Assembly: GCF_029937755.1 (NCBI RefSeq)
Contig: NZ_JAPYPG010000002.1
Coordinates: forward strand, 99,648-163,647
Direction: 5' to 3'
Length of the DNA stretch: 64,000 nucleotides
Source: Henriciella sp.
Lineage (GTDB): Bacteria > Pseudomonadota > Alphaproteobacteria > Caulobacterales > Hyphomonadaceae
Shown here: piece after piece, positions 60,109 to 64,000 of the stretch
How positions within the stretch are numbered: the first letter of the stretch is position 1
Layout: each line of letters begins with the position of its first letter
The notes under the pieces: model-generated
Database searches by the model: none
What the model was told of the DNA's origin: nothing
The model's input: the letters and a program-made list of their open reading frames with translations, nothing else
Translations under genes and position numbers: made by a program

Positions 60109-61938
60109 CTATTCAGCGACTGCGGCAAGCTCGTCGCGTGCGGCCTGTCTGGCCCACATGCGCGCATAAGCACCGTCTTCCCTTAAAAGCGTAGCATGCG
60201 AGCCGCGTTCCACGATACGCCCTTCTTCAAGAACGATTATTTCGTCAGAGTTCTGCACAGTCGACAGGCGGTGAGCGACTGTCAGCGTCGTCCGCCCTTT
60301 CGCCGCTTCATCCAGCGCATCCTGAACGGCTGCTTCGGTCGCGCTATCAAGCGCGGACGTGGCTTCATCCAGGACCAGAATGGCCGGGTCGGCCAGGATG
60401 ACCCGCGCAATGCCCACACGCTGCTTTTCTCCGCCGGACAGCTTCAGGCCGCGTTCGCCGACCCGTGTGTCCCAGCCATCCGGGAGAGCTTGTATGAAGG
60501 GGAGAAGCTGTGCACGGCGTGCGGCATCCTCGAGCTCTTCGAGACTGGCCTCAGGCCGGGCATAGGCAATGTTCGCGCGAATCGTATCGTTGAAAAGCAC
60601 CACATCCTGCGGGACCAGGCCGAGTGCGTTGCGCAGCGAGGTCTGCGTCAGCTCGCGGACATCCTGCCCATCCACCAGCACCGCGCCCTTATCAACATCA
60701 TAGAAACGGAACAGCAGCTTCAGCAGCGTCGACTTGCCGGCACCAGAGGTGCCCACAAATGCCACTTTCTTGCCGGGCTCAACCTCGAACGAGATATCGC
60801 GAACGCCCACGGCCCGCGCATCGTGCGTGAAATCGACATCGCGGAATTCGACGCGCCCTTCCGGTGCCTTGAGCGCCTTTGCATCCGGCCTGTCAGCGAC
60901 CTCTGGCGCCATGCTGAGCAGGCCATGCAGTTTCTCGAGGTCCACGGCCCCCTGCTTGATCTCGCGCCAGGCGAAGCCAAGAATATTGAGCGGCGCATAA
61001 AGGCTTAGCAGGACGAGCATCACGGCCGTCAGATCGCCGACCTCCATCGTGCCCTGTTTGTAATTCCATGCCGAGAGCGCCAGCACGGCCAGCAGGCCCG
61101 CATTCATGATGAAGCCCTGCACCGCGTTAAGAAGGTACATGCTGCGCATCGCCTCGACATAACGCGTGTTGTAGCGCTTCATCGCCGCGTCATAGCGATT
61201 GGTTTCCCGCTCTTCGGCGGCAAAGGCCTTCACGGTCTCAAAATTGGTTAGCGTATCGATGGAGACGGCGCGCAGCTCGGTATCGGCCTTGTTCATTCGC
61301 CGACGCTGGCGCACCCGCCACTCGGTGATGATCACGGTGGCGACAATGTAGATGGCAACGGTCCCGATCGCGATGAGGGCCAGCCGGTAGTCATAGGCCG
61401 CCCCCAGCGCGATGGAGGCCAGCGCGAGGCGCACGAACGTCGGCCCGATATTGAAAGCCAGGAACCGGATCAGGTAATCGACGGCGCTCGCGGCGCGTTC
61501 GATCACGCGGTTCAGTGCACCCGAGCGCCGTGTCTGGTGGAAAGCCAGCGACAGCGACTGGGCATGGCCGAAAGCATCGACACAGGCGATCCGTTGCGCA
61601 TCCTGACTGACCGGGCTGAACAAGGCGTCCCGGGCCTGCGGCAGGGCCGCGGCGAGAAAGCGTAAACCGATTGCGAGTGCGATCCAGGCCAGCGCGACCG
61701 TCAGCGGTTGTTCTTCGGCGCCTTCCCGGCCGGCGACCTTGTTGATGGCATCGCCGAGAATGATCGGCGAAGCGACCTCCAGCACCGCCGCGCCAAGCGT
61801 CAGGACAAGGGCAATCCCCATGACGGGGCGCCACTTCGACAGCTCAGGGCGCCAGAGAAGCTTCAGGATCCGCGCAATGGAGGCACCCAGCCCGCCATCC
61901 GCGCTATCGATCCTGTCATTGTCCTGTTCACCAGCCAT
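60109..61938 (-). CDS. ATM1/AtmA-type ABC exporter (fused TMD and NBD)
   Basis: Start likely MAGEQDN; FHQTRRSG, TLTNFETVKAF, GTSGAGKST, VGERGLKLSGGEKQR, DEATSALD, VAHRLST. Confidence 0.9.
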   Translation of the reverse strand: MAGEQDNDRIDSADGGLGASIARILKLLWRPELSKWRPVMGIALVLTLGAAVLEVASPIILGDAINKVAGREGAEEQPLTVALAWIALAIGLRFLAAALPQARDALFSPVSQDAQRIACVDAFGHAQSLSLAFHQTRRSGALNRVIERAASAVDYLIRFLAFNIGPTFVRLALASIALGAAYDYRLALIAIGTVAIYIVATVIITEWRVRQRRRMNKADTELRAVSIDTLTNFETVKAFAAEERETNRYDAAMKRYNTRYVEAMRSMYLLNAVQGFIMNAGLLAVLALSAWNYKQGTMEVGDLTAVMLVLLSLYAPLNILGFAWREIKQGAVDLEKLHGLLSMAPEVADRPDAKALKAPEGRVEFRDVDFTHDARAVGVRDISFEVEPGKKVAFVGTSGAGKSTLLKLLFRFYDVDKGAVLVDGQDVRELTQTSLRNALGLVPQDVVLFNDTIRANIAYARPEASLEELEDAARRAQLLPFIQALPDGWDTRVGERGLKLSGGEKQRVGIARVILADPAILVLDEATSALDSATEAAVQDALDEAAKGRTTLTVAHRLSTVQNSDEIIVLEEGRIVERGSHATLLREDGAYARMWARQAARDELAAVAE

Positions 61939-62048
61939 AGACCTCATTCGCGCCATATGGGGCCAAACACAGCTTGCGAACAGAGTGCGACTGGCACGAA
62001 TCCTTGCAAGACTGTACATGCCGGTCGTTGATGCCTGAGGAAGACATA

Positions 62049-62612
62049 ATGGCGAAGCTCAAATCCATCTGCGTTTATTGCGGTTCATCGAACCAGGTGA
62101 AACCCGACTATCTGGAGCTCGCCCGGGCGCTCGGTCGTACGATGGCGCAGCAGGATCTGAAACTCGTCTATGGCGGCGGCGGCGTCGGCCTGATGGGCGC
62201 CTGCGCGCGCGCCGTCCATGAAGCCGGCGGTGAAGTGCTCGGCGTCATGCCGAAATTCCTGCTTCAGAAAGAACGCATCTTCGAAGATGTCGAACACCGC
62301 ATCGTCGACGACATGCACACACGCAAGCAGATGATGTTTGACGAGTCGGATGCCTTCATCGTCCTGCCCGGCGGGATCGGCACGCTTGAAGAGGCTGTCG
62401 AGATGCTGAGCTGGGCCCGCCTCGGCCTTCACGCGAAGCCTATGGCCTTCCTTGACGAGGACGGCTTCTGGTCGCCCTTCTTCGAACTGATGGAACACAT
62501 CATTGAAGGCCGGTTCACACCGGAGGAATTCCGCGCCTCCCTCGTCCATGAGGGCACGCCCGAAGCCGCCATCGCCGCGCTTCGGGACCGCATGGTCGTG
62601 CTCGACCGCTAA
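62049..62612 (+). CDS. LOG family nucleotide phosphoribohydrolase (TIGR00730-like)
   Basis: Start MAKLKSICVYCGSS; YGGGGVGLMG, MHTRK, PGGIGTLEE. Confidence 0.92.
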   Translation: MAKLKSICVYCGSSNQVKPDYLELARALGRTMAQQDLKLVYGGGGVGLMGACARAVHEAGGEVLGVMPKFLLQKERIFEDVEHRIVDDMHTRKQMMFDESDAFIVLPGGIGTLEEAVEMLSWARLGLHAKPMAFLDEDGFWSPFFELMEHIIEGRFTPEEFRASLVHEGTPEAAIAALRDRMVVLDR

Positions 62613-63952
62613 GCTTTCGACAGCCGGCGCACCACGGCTTTGCGCCCGATGAGCGGCAACAGGACGCCCATGTCAGGCCCATGCTCCTGGCCGGTCAGCG
62701 CCTTGCGAAGCGGCATGAAGAGGCCGCGCCCCTTGCGTCCGGTCTTCTCTTTCAACGAGCTCGTCCACGCCTTCCACGTCTCTGCCGTGATTTCACCCTC
62801 CGGCAGGAGATCGTTGGCCTCGGAAATGAAATCCGCATCCTCGGCATCGATCACAGGCTCGATCTGGCCATAGGCAATATCGGCGAAATCCTTGGCGTCA
62901 TGCACCGTCTGGCAATTCTCGCGCACCGCCAGCCAGAAGGGCTCATTCGCCGCATCTGGCGCAATCGCGCTGAGCTGCTCCTTGACCGCATCGAACGGCG
63001 TTGTGTGGATCAGGGTCGCATTCAGGGCGAGCAGGTCCTTTTCATCGAACTTCGCGGGCGCACGGCCGATCTTCGAAAAATCGAATTCCTTCGCCAGTAC
63101 GCCGAGATCGTCTCGCGCCTCGATATTGTCGCTTGTTCCGAGCTTGGCGAGGAGCGACACGATGGCCATGGGGAAGATGCCACGCGCCTCAAGCGTATCC
63201 ATGCTGAGCGAACCGAGGCGCTTGGAGAAGGCCCCGCCTTCGGCATCCACCAGCAACGGCGTATGCGCCATCTCCGGTGGCGTGCCGCCGAGCGCCTTGA
63301 AAATCTCGATCTGGGCGCCGGAATTGGTCACATGATCTTCGCCGCGCACCACATGAGTGATCTTGGCATCGATATCATCGACCACGGACGGCAACGTGTA
63401 GAGGTAGGAGCCGTCTTCACGGATCAGCACCGGGTCCGACACGCTGGACGTGTCGATACCTTGTGGCCCACGCACCAGGTCGGTCCACTCCACGCGCTCA
63501 CCGGACAGTTTGAAACGCCAGTGTGGCTTGCGGCCTTCAGCTTCGAGTTTTGCCTTGTCCTCATCGGACAAGTCCAGCGCTGACCGGTCATAGACCGGCG
63601 GGCGCCCCCGCGACAGCGCGATCTTGCGTTTGCGGTCAAGCTCATCGGCCGTCTCATAGCACGCATAAAGCAGGCCCATATCGCGCAGCTTGTCGGCTGC
63701 GGCGTCATACATGCCGAAGCGCTTCGACTGGTTGAACGTGTCGTCCCAGACCAGACCGAGCCAGGTCAGGTCGGCCTTCAGCCCGTCCTCATAGGCCTGT
63801 GTGGAGCGCTCAGTATCGGTATCGTCGATCCTCAGGACAAAGGTTCCGCCCTGCCCCTTGGCAAAAAGCCAGTTGATCAGCGCGGTGCGGACATTGCCGA
63901 CATGCAGCTTGCCGGTCGGAGACGGCGCGAAACGGACTATGGGTGAACTCAT
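62609..63952 (-). CDS. gltX: Glutamate--tRNA ligase, copy 2
   Basis: RFAPSPTGKLHVGN (HIGH), LRIDDTD, VVRGEDH, FSKR (KMSKS equivalent), full anticodon domain (PLRKALTG); ATG overlaps the upstream TGA. Confidence 0.93.
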   Translation of the reverse strand: MSSPIVRFAPSPTGKLHVGNVRTALINWLFAKGQGGTFVLRIDDTDTERSTQAYEDGLKADLTWLGLVWDDTFNQSKRFGMYDAAADKLRDMGLLYACYETADELDRKRKIALSRGRPPVYDRSALDLSDEDKAKLEAEGRKPHWRFKLSGERVEWTDLVRGPQGIDTSSVSDPVLIREDGSYLYTLPSVVDDIDAKITHVVRGEDHVTNSGAQIEIFKALGGTPPEMAHTPLLVDAEGGAFSKRLGSLSMDTLEARGIFPMAIVSLLAKLGTSDNIEARDDLGVLAKEFDFSKIGRAPAKFDEKDLLALNATLIHTTPFDAVKEQLSAIAPDAANEPFWLAVRENCQTVHDAKDFADIAYGQIEPVIDAEDADFISEANDLLPEGEITAETWKAWTSSLKEKTGRKGRGLFMPLRKALTGQEHGPDMGVLLPLIGRKAVVRRLSKA

Positions 63953-63999
63953 CAATCGTCCCTGAAACGGTTCGTGATCGGATAGCGCCGGTCGCGGCC
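63952..63999 (-). CDS. nadE: C-terminal end of NAD+ synthase (5'-truncated)
   Basis: GRDRRYPITNRFRDD* resembles the NadE C-terminus; nadE-gltX order is common in Alphaproteobacteria. Only 15 codons are visible. Confidence 0.7.
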   Translation of the reverse strand, partial: GRDRRYPITNRFRDD

Positions 64000-64000
64000 A

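Overview
A gene-dense, GC-rich alphaproteobacterial core-genome window. Gene order and protein style suggest Caulobacterales/Hyphomonadaceae (inference only). Contents in order: the 3' part of gltX and gltA; a minus-strand envelope/translation block (rpsB-tsf-pyrH-frr-uppS-cdsA-dxr-rseP-bamA-skp-lpxD-lpxA-lpxI-lpxB, with no fabZ); dnaE; lolC/E-lolD; proS; mce; RNase J; coaX; birA; a full 14-subunit nuoA-N operon with one inserted membrane ORF; four tRNAs (Phe-GAA, Arg-TCT, Pro-TGG, Glu-TTC) interleaved with a sphingosine-1-phosphate-lyase-like PLP enzyme, an NDUFS4-like protein, a thioesterase, DUF192 and a two-domain cold-shock protein; recJ, glpX, hom, an aminotransferase; phaC; argC; rplM-rpsI; ctaA; an ATM1-type ABC exporter; a LOG protein; a second gltX; and the end of nadE. 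I saw no mobile element, prophage or CRISPR array, and no clear multi-gene novel system. The best leads are single loci: (1) a Psd homolog lacking its pyruvoyl Ser and catalytic His, with a repetitive acidic tail and no adjacent pssA; (2) a degenerate beta-propeller-phytase-like lipoprotein; (3) an S1P-lyase-like gene whose Shine-Dalgarno is inside a perfect hairpin just behind tRNA-Arg; (4) PhaC with a histone-H1-like tail; (5) a large acidic surface-loop insertion in BamA; (6) several structured or palindromic intergenic elements. Family assignments come from motif recognition by eye, with no database search.
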